A stretch of 63,889 nt of DNA, the filler included, from Candidatus Woesearchaeota archaeon (lineage in GTDB: Archaea > Nanobdellota > Nanobdellia > Woesearchaeales > GCA-2685855), in NCBI GenBank assembly GCA_002685855.1. It is 4 parts of 4 records of this genome, joined end to end, with 100 filler letters (N's around TTAATTAATTAA, not from the genome) between each part and the next. Parts side by side here need not be neighbours in the genome. Positions count along the whole stretch, not along the records: positions 1 to 18,694 come from NYYS01000031.1; 3 more parts are not named here. The stretch is one strand, 5' to 3'. The position numbers and the translations under genes were made by a program. This document shows positions 1 through 9,664 of the stretch, piece by piece. Position 1 is the stretch's first letter; every line of letters begins with the position of its first letter. Under the pieces are notes generated by a model. The model ran no database searches and was not told where the DNA came from. It saw only the letters and a program-made list of their open reading frames with translations.

Positions 1-55
1 AACTTTATATAGTCTGCCTTCCTATAAGATCCTACGGGGCAAAGAAGAGGGCTAA

Positions 56-997
56 ATGAAACGGAAGGTCGTAAAGCACGGTCCATCCACCTTAATCGTA
101 TCACTTCCTACCAACTGGGTCAAAACATTTGGTATAACAAAGGGAGATGAACTTGAGGTAGAGGAAAAAGGAACAATTCTCTTAGTGTCAACTCAAAAAT
201 CAAAAAAAGGCGGAATAGCCGAAGTAGAAATAACCGGGCTTGACAGAACATCACTCATCTTCCTCATTCGAAGCCTTTACAAACGAGGATACGATGAAAT
301 ACTCCTTCATTTCAAAAAACAAACACTCATCTATCACTACGAAAACAAAGAACGCACCATACTCTCTGTCATCCACGAAGAACTCCACAGACTCTCCGGC
401 CTTGAAGTTATCCAGCAAAATGAAAACCTCTGTCAGCTAAAAATTCTTTCAGAAGTATCCTATTCAGAATTCAACAACGTCCTGCGACGCATCTTCCTGC
501 TCATCATCGACTCATTAAACGATCTCACCAAAGCAATACAAACAAAGGACCAATTCCTTCTAGAAACAATAGAAGAAAAACATGACACAATCACAAAACT
601 CCTCAACTACTGCATCCGCGTACTAAACAAAGTTGGCTATAAAGAATATCAAAAGACCTGCTTTGTTCAACACATCCTTGCACAACTCGACAACCTTATC
701 GACGTCGAAAAAAACCTTGGACGCCTAAGTCTCGAAATCAAACCAGAACTCTCCAAAGAAGGAGAACAATTCATGCAAAACATAACCTCCTCCTTCATCC
801 TCTTCAAAGATCTCTTCTACAAATTTAATAACCAAACAATATTCAACATAGATCAACTGAGAAACAAAAGCTTAAACAAAATAAAACAAAATTCCTCCGA
901 ATTCAGAAAAAAAGAACTTATCATACTCAACCAGTTTTTCGAAATATCAAACATTATTAAAGACTTGATTGAATCCCGAATGGCACTAGAATACTAA
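56..997 (+). CDS. AbrB-domain/PhoU-family phosphate uptake regulator
   Basis: N-terminal AbrB-like RKVVKHGPSTLIVSLPTNWVK..GDELEVEE followed by helical PhoU-like repeats (LRRIFLLI..., EEKHDTI); TATA-like TTTATATA at 4-11. Confidence 0.8.
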   Translation: MKRKVVKHGPSTLIVSLPTNWVKTFGITKGDELEVEEKGTILLVSTQKSKKGGIAEVEITGLDRTSLIFLIRSLYKRGYDEILLHFKKQTLIYHYENKERTILSVIHEELHRLSGLEVIQQNENLCQLKILSEVSYSEFNNVLRRIFLLIIDSLNDLTKAIQTKDQFLLETIEEKHDTITKLLNYCIRVLNKVGYKEYQKTCFVQHILAQLDNLIDVEKNLGRLSLEIKPELSKEGEQFMQNITSSFILFKDLFYKFNNQTIFNIDQLRNKSLNKIKQNSSEFRKKELIILNQFFEISNIIKDLIESRMALEY

Positions 998-2379
998 CCC
1001 CTGCCAAAACGCTCCCTCTGAAGCACCGCACCAATCTCCCCCGCTATCTGACACGACCCATTTTCTATAGCATCATCATCAAAAACAAGATCAAAAGAAA
1101 ATCTCTCCCCTAGATCTAAATATTGACTAAGCTCTGCACGAGCAGTTGAAAGAGTGTGTTCGACCGAACCCTCTCTTTTCCTATGATAACGCTCAACACG
1201 TTCAGCAGAAGGAAGAAGCAAAACTCGCTTCATCCTAGGATATAATTGAGCCATCCTAAAAAAATAATCAATCGTTTTAATCGAAGCAAAAACCTCCCTC
1301 CCATTTTGCAACGGCTGAAGAAGCTCATCATTCCGTATTGCATACCAATTCCTTTGTTTACTCTGAAAACTAAACAAAAAACCTTCCCTTCTATCAGCCA
1401 TACTATTCTCATCAACAAAATAATGTTCAACACCATTCCCCTCGCCAGGACGAGGCCTACGTGTAGTATCACTCACAACATGATGAACATAGGGAAACAT
1501 CCTCTGCAGCTCACGAATCAAAGTTGTCTTTCCTGATGCTCCCGGTCCTACAAGAGACCAAATCTGTGGATCCCCCTCCTGAACATCTCTTTCAATCCTC
1601 TTTTTTCGCTCATCAAACGTACTCCTCAGAACCCCCTCTCCAACACCCAACCCCCTTCTCACATACAAAGGAAAAGAACCCTCTCCCACTCCACCTTCAA
1701 CCCCTTTAAGATCTACAACCATCTGAAGATAAGGAGAATACCGATGCAATTGTGTGGCCAGATCACGAGCACATTCCACCTCTTCCCTCGTAGCAGGTTC
1801 AAAAAGAACCACACCAATATTAAAGCGAGGATTAAGCAAATACTCGACAATATTCTCTCCGCCAAAAGAAACCGAAAAGAGATTCATATCTCCCTGCTTG
1901 TTCTCTCTCCCTTCCTCCTCAACATCCAGCCCATCTCGAGACCTAACAACCACCACATTATGTTCATCAGTATAATACGAAGTTCCAAGAATCCTCTTTC
2001 TATGTTCCTCTATTAAATCTATCAGATTAAACGAATCAGCTCTTGAATCACACTTTTCAAGAAACGAATAAAGCCCTTCATGCATCAATTTATGCGTCTC
2101 TCCTAAGTGCTTATAATTACTATGAATAATAACCGGAATTTCTCCAGAAAACTGCTCATGAACTCGTCTAAACAGATCCTCTCCTGCCTTTTCATTAGAT
2201 TCCATCCTATTATCCGTAATCACCATATCCGGACAATCACGAACAATTCCTTCATACGCCTCACTCGGACAACTGTAGAGTGTGTGCTCATAAGAATAAA
2301 ACGATAAAAGAGATCCCAAAAAGTCAAGAACCCCGGGATAATCTTCAACAGCCACAATATGATAGCTCTCCTTCCCCAT
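994..2379 (-). CDS. Receiver (REC) domain - guanylate kinase-like fusion protein
   Basis: N-terminal REC motifs (VAVEDY, DMVITDNRM, PVIIHS, FLEK); C-terminal P-loop GPGASGKTT and Gmk signature TTRRPRPGEGNGVEHYFV; ATG at 2379 preferred over TTG at 2394. Confidence 0.75.
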   Translation of the reverse strand: MGKESYHIVAVEDYPGVLDFLGSLLSFYSYEHTLYSCPSEAYEGIVRDCPDMVITDNRMESNEKAGEDLFRRVHEQFSGEIPVIIHSNYKHLGETHKLMHEGLYSFLEKCDSRADSFNLIDLIEEHRKRILGTSYYTDEHNVVVVRSRDGLDVEEEGRENKQGDMNLFSVSFGGENIVEYLLNPRFNIGVVLFEPATREEVECARDLATQLHRYSPYLQMVVDLKGVEGGVGEGSFPLYVRRGLGVGEGVLRSTFDERKKRIERDVQEGDPQIWSLVGPGASGKTTLIRELQRMFPYVHHVVSDTTRRPRPGEGNGVEHYFVDENSMADRREGFLFSFQSKQRNWYAIRNDELLQPLQNGREVFASIKTIDYFFRMAQLYPRMKRVLLLPSAERVERYHRKREGSVEHTLSTARAELSQYLDLGERFSFDLVFDDDAIENGSCQIAGEIGAVLQRERFGRG

Positions 2380-2502
2380 AAAGGAAGAAAACAATGCTCC
2401 TTTTTCTACTTTTTCCTATGAGTATACATAAATCCTACAAACGACCAAAAACTATTTAAATAGCTCTTTTCTAAAAAGTTTTAATCATCTTGGGGGTGAA
2501 TA

Positions 2503-2970
2503 GTGGGAAAAATATCTATAGACACACCATTGGCAGAGCTAACGCTCCGAAAGTATGAAAAGCCAGAAACCTATACAGGAAGAGACCTTGTCAGAAAGTT
2601 CTGCCTATCCATAGGACTCCTGCAGCCAGGCGATAGCAGGGACGTTATTGTAGACATTCTCCTTGTTATGCTTGAACATCAAACCTCTATGAACTCAAAA
2701 GAGATAGAAGATGCCACAATAAAAAAAAGAAAAGAGCTCAAACTCCCCCTCCTCGGCATCGCTCCATCCAATATCCGCAGACAACTCCTTCGCCTTAGAG
2801 ACCACTTCATCCTTGAAAAGATCAAAAACACCTACCGATTCACAGAAAACACAAGCCTTACAGAGATATTCTCAGAAAAACTCGAAAAATACTACCTTAC
2901 CAGCATCCTCGCCCGCATAAAAGAATACGTAAAAGCCCTTGACAAAACGTTTCCAAAGGATACAAAATAA
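2503..2970 (+). CDS. Conserved hypothetical protein, probable winged-helix DNA-binding protein
   Basis: GTG start after GGGGGTGA SD; helix pattern APSNIRRQLLRLRD..ILEKIKNTYRF. Confidence 0.55.
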   Translation: MGKISIDTPLAELTLRKYEKPETYTGRDLVRKFCLSIGLLQPGDSRDVIVDILLVMLEHQTSMNSKEIEDATIKKRKELKLPLLGIAPSNIRRQLLRLRDHFILEKIKNTYRFTENTSLTEIFSEKLEKYYLTSILARIKEYVKALDKTFPKDTK

Positions 2971-3001
2971 CCTTTTTATATCCCTGTTCATTCTCATATC
3001 C

Positions 3002-3526
3002 ATGTACGAACCACACGAAGACTCCTACCTCCTTGAAAGCTGCATCCCTCTCTATGCAAAAGGAAACGTCCTGGACATGGGAACAGGCTCTGGCATCCTT
3101 GCAGCAAAAGCCGCAGAAACAGCCGCCCATGTCACCGCAGCAGACATCGACCCCGAAGCAATAAAACATGCAAAAAAACTCCACAAAGAAAAAAACATCA
3201 CATTCATCCAATCAAACCTATTCACTACAATCACAAAAAAATTCGACCTCATCATCTCCAACCCCCCCTACCTTCCTAACCATCCACAAGACAAAGATAT
3301 CGCTCTCGATGGAGGACCTCAAGGCCACGAATGGATACAAACCTTCCTCAACCAAGCCCCAAAACACCTCAAACCCAACGGCATCATCCTACTCCTCTTC
3401 AGCAGCCTCTCCCATAAAAAGATCATCAACACCACCCTAAAAAACAACAACCTCAACCATAAAGAGATCAAACAACAAAAACTCGCATTCGAAACCCTCT
3501 ACGTCTACAAAATCTGGAAAAAATGA
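3002..3526 (+). CDS. HemK2/MTQ2-family protein N5-glutamine methyltransferase
   Basis: MYEPHEDSYLL start, SAM motif VLDMGTGSG, NPPY, DGG..G. Confidence 0.85.
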   Translation: MYEPHEDSYLLESCIPLYAKGNVLDMGTGSGILAAKAAETAAHVTAADIDPEAIKHAKKLHKEKNITFIQSNLFTTITKKFDLIISNPPYLPNHPQDKDIALDGGPQGHEWIQTFLNQAPKHLKPNGIILLLFSSLSHKKIINTTLKNNNLNHKEIKQQKLAFETLYVYKIWKK

Positions 3527-4395
3527 AAACCCCCTTTGCAAAAGGAAAAAGAAGCAACGTCTTCCTAGAAAACAATATCATCATCAAACAAATAAAAAAA
3601 GACACACAAGCAAAAAACGCACTCCTCTTCGAAGCACAATTTCTTAAAATTCTCAACAAACACAACATCGGACCAAAACTCCTATCAGCAACCCCAACAG
3701 AAATACACATGCAATACATAGACGGAATCCGCATCGGCGACTACCTTCAACAAGCACCAAAAAACAAAATTAAAAAAACACTCCTGCAGATATTCAACCA
3801 ACTCAGAACACTCGACAAACTCAACATAAACAAATTCGAACTCACCAACCCCTACAAACACATCATCATCACAAAAAAAGGACCTGTACTGATCGACTTC
3901 GAACGCTGCCGCCACACCCAACACCCAAAAAACATCTCCCAATTCATCCAATACATTCAAACAACCCGCGTCCAGGAATGGCTCCAAAACAAAATTACCC
4001 TCCCAACCAAACTCAACAAAAAAGCCCAAACCTACAAAAACAACCCCACACAAAAAAACTACAACGAAATCATACACTGGCTCCTTCCCTTTTCAGAACA
4101 GGTCTACACACTCTGCAAACAAATCCCCAAAGGAAAAATAACCACCTACAAAGAAATTGCTAAAAAACTCAACACAAAAGCCTACCGCGCAATAGGAAAC
4201 GCACTCAGAAAAAACCCCGACCCCCCCATTATTCCCTGCCACAGAGTCATTGCATCAGACGGAACAATAGGAGGCTTTATGGGACAAACAACAGGCAAGC
4301 CCATCCAGAAAAAAATTACTCTCCTAAAAAAAGAAGGAATCCCCTTTGAAAAAAACAAGATAAAAAACCTTTCCGCCTATATCCACATATACTAA
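3523..4395 (+). CDS. Archaeal Ser/Thr kinase-like domain fused to O6-methylguanine-DNA methyltransferase (MGMT/Ogt)
   Basis: Kinase part: AKGKRSNVF, EAQFLK, GPKL, MQYIDG, VLIDFE. MGMT part: IPKGKITTYKEIA, YRAIGNALRKNP, IPCHRVI. Confidence 0.8.
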   Translation: MKTPFAKGKRSNVFLENNIIIKQIKKDTQAKNALLFEAQFLKILNKHNIGPKLLSATPTEIHMQYIDGIRIGDYLQQAPKNKIKKTLLQIFNQLRTLDKLNINKFELTNPYKHIIITKKGPVLIDFERCRHTQHPKNISQFIQYIQTTRVQEWLQNKITLPTKLNKKAQTYKNNPTQKNYNEIIHWLLPFSEQVYTLCKQIPKGKITTYKEIAKKLNTKAYRAIGNALRKNPDPPIIPCHRVIASDGTIGGFMGQTTGKPIQKKITLLKKEGIPFEKNKIKNLSAYIHIY

Positions 4396-5316
4396 CTACA
4401 ACTTCTTCTTCTTGCTCTTCTTAATCTCCTTCTCCAGATTCAACTCCTCAAGAAGCTCCTTATACCTATTCCTAATCGTGACCTCAGTAACGCCTGCAAC
4501 ATCAGCAACCTCCCTCTGAGTCCGCTTCTCTCCATTAATCAATGCAGCAACATACAACGCAGCAGCAGCAATACCTGTTGGACCTCTCCCAGAAGTCAAC
4601 TCAACACTCTGCGCCTGCTCAATAATCTCAACACTCTTACTCTGCGTCTCTGCAGACAACTTCAACGCAGAAGCAAACCGCGCAATATAATCAGACGGAT
4701 TTGAAGGCAATATCGTAATACCCAGCTCCCGCGTAATAAACCGATACGTTCTGCCAATCTCCTTCTTCTCAATACTCGAAGCCTCACTCAACTCATCCAG
4801 CGTCCTCGGTACATCATGACGCCTACAAGCCGCATACAACGCACCTGCCACAACAGACTCCATAGATCTCCCCCGAACCAAACCCTTCTGTACAGCCAAC
4901 GTATAGACCCGAGAAGCCTCTTCCTCAACACTAGACGGAAGCTTCAAATAACTACTCACCCGCTTCAACTCAGCCAAAGCCAGCTTTAAATTCCGCTCAA
5001 TAGCCGTACTAATCCTCTGCTGCCATTTCCTCAATCGAAAAAACTTATTCTTATTCTTTCCACCAAGACTATACAGATCAGACTTCCTACCCACATCCGT
5101 ACCCAAACCCTGATCAAACTGCGTATAGGTCATAGGAGCCCCTGTCCGCCTCTTCCGAGCAGCCGCATCACTATCAAATTCACGCCATTCCTGGTCAAAA
5201 TCCACCATCTTCTCCTCTACCACAAGGCCGCAATCCTTACAGATTACCTCGCCTTTCTCTTTATTCCAGAATAAGTTTATTCCACCGCACTCAGGGCATT
5301 TTTTAACATAGGTCAT
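4396..5316 (-). CDS. tfb: Transcription initiation factor IIB (TFB)
   Basis: Zn ribbon CPECG..CKDCG, EWREF B-finger, two cyclin repeats ([30 protein letters not shown]); SD GGAGGTGG before ATG 5316. Confidence 0.97.
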   Translation of the reverse strand: MTYVKKCPECGGINLFWNKEKGEVICKDCGLVVEEKMVDFDQEWREFDSDAAARKRRTGAPMTYTQFDQGLGTDVGRKSDLYSLGGKNKNKFFRLRKWQQRISTAIERNLKLALAELKRVSSYLKLPSSVEEEASRVYTLAVQKGLVRGRSMESVVAGALYAACRRHDVPRTLDELSEASSIEKKEIGRTYRFITRELGITILPSNPSDYIARFASALKLSAETQSKSVEIIEQAQSVELTSGRGPTGIAAAALYVAALINGEKRTQREVADVAGVTEVTIRNRYKELLEELNLEKEIKKSKKKKL

Positions 5317-5420
5317 GGTGGCCACCTCCGTTAAAGCAGCGCTTTAAGGGAAAATTTTTTAAGAGTTGTTTTGACATACAGCGATGATGACACAATCTTT
5401 ATAAACAGAAGGTGTAACTA

Positions 5421-5440
5421 ATATATAAACCTTTCGATTT
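5421..5440 (-). promoter_or_regulatory. BRE-TATA promoter of tfb
   Basis: Minus strand reads AAATCGAAAGG-TTTATATAT; near-identical element at 6859-6878. Confidence 0.6.
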
Positions 5441-5498
5441 TTCACCTGTTTTTTAGAGAATAAATAGAGAATAGAAAAGAAAAAGAAGAAAAAATTCC

Positions 5499-6059
5499 TT
5501 ATGGGCGAGGAAGAAGCGAAATCAAACCCTGATAAACCCTATCTACACTATCTGCCTCATCAGGGGTCATCTCCCTTCTCAAACCCCCTATGTTATTCGG
5601 ATCAAACCCTGGTTCTGTATCTTCACTTCTTACCAGATCAAGCACGACATTTGAATGCTGAGGAAAGGTTGCTCCGACATCATAAAGCTGAACAACCTGT
5701 TCAACCGTTTGTTTATCTCCATCAAGATCATAGAACAGTGTTTCAGGACCAAATTCGATCCCATAAGGAGATGCATGGATCTTTAACATAGCAGGATTTC
5801 CTATGTTCAGAACAGCTGAAGCCTTTTCCATCCTAGTTTGATCGTTCTCTCTTCCATCGGATCCAGAAATAATATGGGCAGCAATTCCCAACCCTAAGAC
5901 ACCCGCTCCTAACAATGTACCTGTGATAACTATTCTATCAAGTTGTCTTCTATCAAGTTGCCTTTGACCTTCCTTTCTTGGTTTAAGTTTCATTTTATAT
6001 ATTCCTCCAAATCTATCTAATATACCCTTTGACATGCATCTGCCCCCTCTCAGCCTCAA
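5499..6059 (-). CDS. Hypothetical protein with single N-terminal TM anchor (start uncertain; 6035 or 5993 possible)
   Basis: Hydrophobic segment IVITGTLLGAGVLGLGIAAHII followed by a soluble domain. Confidence 0.6.
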   Translation of the reverse strand: MRLRGGRCMSKGILDRFGGIYKMKLKPRKEGQRQLDRRQLDRIVITGTLLGAGVLGLGIAAHIISGSDGRENDQTRMEKASAVLNIGNPAMLKIHASPYGIEFGPETLFYDLDGDKQTVEQVVQLYDVGATFPQHSNVVLDLVRSEDTEPGFDPNNIGGLRREMTPDEADSVDRVYQGLISLLPRP

Positions 6060-6813
6060 GATGCCGTGGCACAGGAGCTAATACGACCTTTTTTCTAACC
6101 TCGGCCTCTTTATCTCGGCTTTCCTTTCCTGTTGAATCATATTCAAGATATGCCTTGGCCTCAACCATTTTATCAGGATACGGCCCAACAACAATGCCGG
6201 CTTCAAACCGTTCATACTCTGCAATAGACTGAAACGCTCGAATAGCGGCCATAGCAGCCTCTAAGCCGGTTTCAGCTCTATTTTCCCTTCCAAAACCAGT
6301 TAGATAGTCTTCACTTACCTCTAAACCATCAAGAAATAACCTATCATCAATATCGCATCCATTACGCTTGTATGCTCGCAAACGCTCAAAATTGTCCTGT
6401 AAGAACTCATTTGCCATACAAAGAAGATCTACACTTCCCTGTCCAGGTATATGTCCAATTGAAATGGCCCGTTCTAGACCTTTAAAATCAGCATCTACAA
6501 GCTCTTCAACAGCTAAATTACGTCTTCGATACGCTTCTCGATCAGCTAATTCTCCAGGTGTAAACTCACTAATATGCCGTTCATAGACGAGAAGGGCTGA
6601 AACCCCTGAATCCACATCCTCTACCATTTCTGCGAGTCTACCAACATCAAACTCCCCACTCTCCATAAACTTTAAATCCCTGTCTTTTGGCAGAGCAGCT
6701 ATATCAGAAAACTTAGAATCAAGGTAATTTAAGGGTTTATCTCCAAATAGTGAGTCTTCACCCTCATCATATTGAAAAGCATCATGGTTCTTATCCAGTT
6801 TATTGTCTTCTAT
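6013..6813 (-). CDS. Acidic hypothetical protein; frame open 49 codons upstream of ATG 6666 to an ATA codon with SD
   Basis: 217-aa ORF in the track; in-frame extension IEDNKLDKNHDAFQYDEGEDSLFG...; GGAGGG 8 nt before ATA at 6813. Confidence 0.55.
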   Translation of the reverse strand: MEDNKLDKNHDAFQYDEGEDSLFGDKPLNYLDSKFSDIAALPKDRDLKFMESGEFDVGRLAEMVEDVDSGVSALLVYERHISEFTPGELADREAYRRRNLAVEELVDADFKGLERAISIGHIPGQGSVDLLCMANEFLQDNFERLRAYKRNGCDIDDRLFLDGLEVSEDYLTGFGRENRAETGLEAAMAAIRAFQSIAEYERFEAGIVVGPYPDKMVEAKAYLEYDSTGKESRDKEAEVRKKVVLAPVPRHLEAERGQMHVKGYIR

Positions 6814-6858
6814 TCTTCAAACCCTCCAATTTAGTTACTACTATTCAATAATTAAACC

Positions 6859-6878
6859 TATATTTAAACCTTTCGATT
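6859..6878 (-). promoter_or_regulatory. BRE-TATA promoter
   Basis: Minus strand AATCGAAAGG-TTTAAATATA, matching the tfb promoter. Confidence 0.55.
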
Positions 6879-7290
6879 CTGAACACTTTTTCCGGCGACA
6901 TCCATCCACCCAACAAAAAATATCCATATAGAAAATAATTCATAACACAACCACCCGCCCCTTCCAAAAAACCCCTCACCCATCCAAACAACACAAGCCA
7001 AATCACAAAACCCCTCATTCCACCAAAAAACACCAAAAACACCTCAGTTTCCCACGATTTCCATTCTCAGCCCCTCAGTTTCCATATTTTCCATAAAAAA
7101 ACAAGTATAGTTTCCACCATACTAATAGCATGATAAGCGCGTCTGGCATCAAAACCAGACAAGCCTTACGCGAATTAACCTTCCGTAAGATCACACACAG
7201 ACGAGGATGACCCTACCATCCATTCACCCCACTCATCCACCATCATCCTCGCCATCATACTCACCATAAAACGAACGGAGGTGAACTACC

Positions 7291-7677
7291 ATGAATAAAG
7301 CAATAAAACAGGTCTTTGCAATCTTTGCAATCTTTGCCCTAGCTGCTGTTCCTGCATTAGCAGAATACGTTGAAGGAACCGGAACGCTTAAGGCAAGAGG
7401 TAACGGTTGGATGGACGTAGAAGGAGACGGAACTGTTACCATTAGAGGTACAGGTATCGTTAAAGTTGCTGGAGCCGAATCCACCTTCAAGAACGGCTGG
7501 GGAACCAGTTGGGAAGAAGTGGAAGGAAACACAACCTATACCTTTTATGAAGGAGACGGTAAGCTTGTCCTTGAAGGAACAGAGCTTGTCATCAACTACG
7601 AAGGTACAGGAAGAGTTAAGGCAACAGGTACTGGATTCTCTAACTTTGACGGAGAAGGATTCTGGTACACATTTTAA
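7291..7677 (+). CDS. Secreted Gly/Thr-rich beta-strand protein
   Basis: Strong SD GGAGGTGA; Sec signal peptide (MNKAIKQVFAIFAIFALAAVPALA); repeated GxGxL/V strands. Confidence 0.75.
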   Translation: MNKAIKQVFAIFAIFALAAVPALAEYVEGTGTLKARGNGWMDVEGDGTVTIRGTGIVKVAGAESTFKNGWGTSWEEVEGNTTYTFYEGDGKLVLEGTELVINYEGTGRVKATGTGFSNFDGEGFWYTF

Positions 7678-7689
7678 TTAGGAAAATCA

Positions 7690-7709
7690 GGGGCTTCGGC
7701 CCCCTTTTT
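7690..7709 (+). terminator. Hairpin plus U-tract terminator
   Basis: GGGGC-TTCG-GCCCC then CTTTTT, 12 nt after the stop codon. Confidence 0.7.
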
Positions 7710-7828
7710 CCACAAATAATTTAAAAGAAAGAAAGCAAAAACAAACAAAAAAAGCAAGAACAAAATAAAAATAAGTAAAAAAAACACAAAACAAAAAGAT
7801 CAACAAAAAATGATCGGAGGAACATAAA

Positions 7829-8689
7829 ATGAAAAAACTAATGGCATTATTCGTCCTCGGTCTCCTTTTTAGCGGCCTGGTGCCTGTAGCATCAGCAGCT
7901 ACCCTTGGAGAACAAGATGACGGATGGATTGACGAGTACAACAGACATAAAGCACACTACGTACAAATGAAAGAGTTTTACAAAGACGCACGACAAGACT
8001 GGATCACAAACAGAAATAAAGTGCGAGAGTACAAAGCAGAAGGCGGAGAAGCATTCAAAACTGCACAACTTACAGCAAAAGAAGCAGGACAGGACTACCT
8101 CATTGCAGCTGTTGATTTAATCGACTCAAAGCTCGTTACAGTAATGTTTTGGGGACAGAACGAAATCGGCAACGAACAAGATGTCAAACAGATAACAGAC
8201 GAGATCGAAGAGCAGTTAGAAGCACTTCGTGAACTCAAAGCAGACATCGAAGCAGTAGACCTTGAAAGCGAAAACGCAGCTGACGAACTTGAAGACTTAG
8301 CTAAAAAAGTAGAAACACGATGGGACGCTGTTAAACCCATCTATAAGAGATGGCTCGGACAGAACCTTGCATGGAGACTCCAACACGTCTTAAACAGATT
8401 TGACAGCTTAGGAGACCACCTCCAGGGAAAACTGGACACTGTGTCTGTAGATGACCCTTTGTACCCTGAAATGGAACAAGACCTTGAAGAGTACAAAGAA
8501 AATGTTGCCCTTGCTTGGGAAAAATACGAAGCTGCAGTAAGTTCGTTTAAAGCAATTAGAAGCGAAAGCGACATGGATAGACTCTACCTGAACGGGAACG
8601 ACTTCCTCAAGAATGCAAACAGCTACCTTGGAGACGCCTACCTGAACTCAAGAGAACTCATCCAGAGCTACAAGCAGTCACAGGAATAA
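7829..8689 (+). CDS. Secreted helical/coiled-coil protein
   Basis: SD GGAGG; signal peptide MKKLMALFVLGLLFSGLVPVASA; acidic heptad-rich helices. Confidence 0.75.
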   Translation: MKKLMALFVLGLLFSGLVPVASAATLGEQDDGWIDEYNRHKAHYVQMKEFYKDARQDWITNRNKVREYKAEGGEAFKTAQLTAKEAGQDYLIAAVDLIDSKLVTVMFWGQNEIGNEQDVKQITDEIEEQLEALRELKADIEAVDLESENAADELEDLAKKVETRWDAVKPIYKRWLGQNLAWRLQHVLNRFDSLGDHLQGKLDTVSVDDPLYPEMEQDLEEYKENVALAWEKYEAAVSSFKAIRSESDMDRLYLNGNDFLKNANSYLGDAYLNSRELIQSYKQSQE

Positions 8690-8708
8690 ACCCCTAGGAA
8701 CAACATTC

Positions 8709-8738
8709 AGGCCGAAAGGCCTCTTTTTTTCTTTTTTT
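8709..8738 (+). terminator. Hairpin plus U-tract terminator
   Basis: AGGCC-GAAA-GGCCT followed by two T7 tracts. Confidence 0.7.
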
Positions 8739-8809
8739 AATTCACTCCCTTATCCCCTATACTATGCTTCAACAGTAAACTATTTAAAGACTAAAAAGAG
8801 AATTCTTTC

Positions 8810-9253
8810 ATGGGATTCTGGAACCAAAACACAAAAGCTCAAGGCTTCAGCCTCGACCTTCTTATCGCAGTCGTCATCTTCATCCTCATCCTAACCGTCT
8901 TTTACTCCCTGCTTTCAGGCTCAAAAGACCAGGACACATCAGGACTCGAATACGAAGCAGATGTCCTCTCCTCACAACTCGACGACGCCAGCAGCACAGA
9001 TCCCACCTACGTCATCATTAAAAAAGGAGAGATCGACCCAGAAGAAATTGAAGCTCTGTTTAATGACATCCAATCAAACTATGAGACCGTAAAAGAAGAT
9101 CTTGACATAAAAGGAGACTTCTGCATCTTTCTCCAAGACCAGGAAGGAAACCTCATCCCTGTAGGACTAAAATCAAGTGCAGGTAATGAAAAAGTTAGCC
9201 TTGGTGAAGATGATTTTGGTGATCCTATTAAATGTAATGAAAATATTATTTAA
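8810..9253 (+). CDS. Class III signal peptide (type IV pilin-like) protein
   Basis: KAQ-GFSLDLLIAVVIFILILTVF prepilin-like N-terminus. Confidence 0.7.
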   Translation: MGFWNQNTKAQGFSLDLLIAVVIFILILTVFYSLLSGSKDQDTSGLEYEADVLSSQLDDASSTDPTYVIIKKGEIDPEEIEALFNDIQSNYETVKEDLDIKGDFCIFLQDQEGNLIPVGLKSSAGNEKVSLGEDDFGDPIKCNENII

Positions 9254-9265
9254 GGTGCCTTTCCC

Positions 9266-9664
9266 ATGAATCTCCCTCTCTTCCTCGCAATCATCGTAGC
9301 CCTTCTTGGATATCCTCTCGGTCTCTGGTTGAAATCATCTCTTCAAGACGAAATAAAAGAACTACAAACCTGGCTTATTGCATCCTGGTACCTTATTGCC
9401 GCAGCAGCAGCATTCTTCCTCATCCTTCAAGGCATCTGGTGGTACAGCTTCTTTATTGCAGCACTCATTATCTCATACCGCTTCCTTCACAACTCACAAC
9501 CCTGGCTCATCACCGTAGACATACTTTTCCTTTTCTCACTCTTCCTCCTTCCAGAACAATCCCACCAACACATCCTCCTCTCAGCATCATTCCTACTCAA
9601 CAGCCTCACCGCTATCCTAAGAAAAGATAACCCAAGAAAAGGAAAACACACAAAAAAAAATTAA
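9266..9664 (+). CDS. Integral membrane hypothetical protein
   Basis: About 5 hydrophobic segments. Confidence 0.6.
   Translation: MNLPLFLAIIVALLGYPLGLWLKSSLQDEIKELQTWLIASWYLIAAAAAFFLILQGIWWYSFFIAALIISYRFLHNSQPWLITVDILFLFSLFLLPEQSHQHILLSASFLLNSLTAILRKDNPRKGKHTKKN

Noticed and set aside
5931..5962. Direct repeat TTCTATCAAGTTG x2
   Set aside because: Short in-frame duplication encoding RQLDR twice within a CDS; no sign of a mobile or regulatory role
7712..7810. Long A-rich tract (also 5460-5495 and 6900-7040)
   Set aside because: Low-complexity intergenic sequence consistent with the A/C strand bias; no periodic unit
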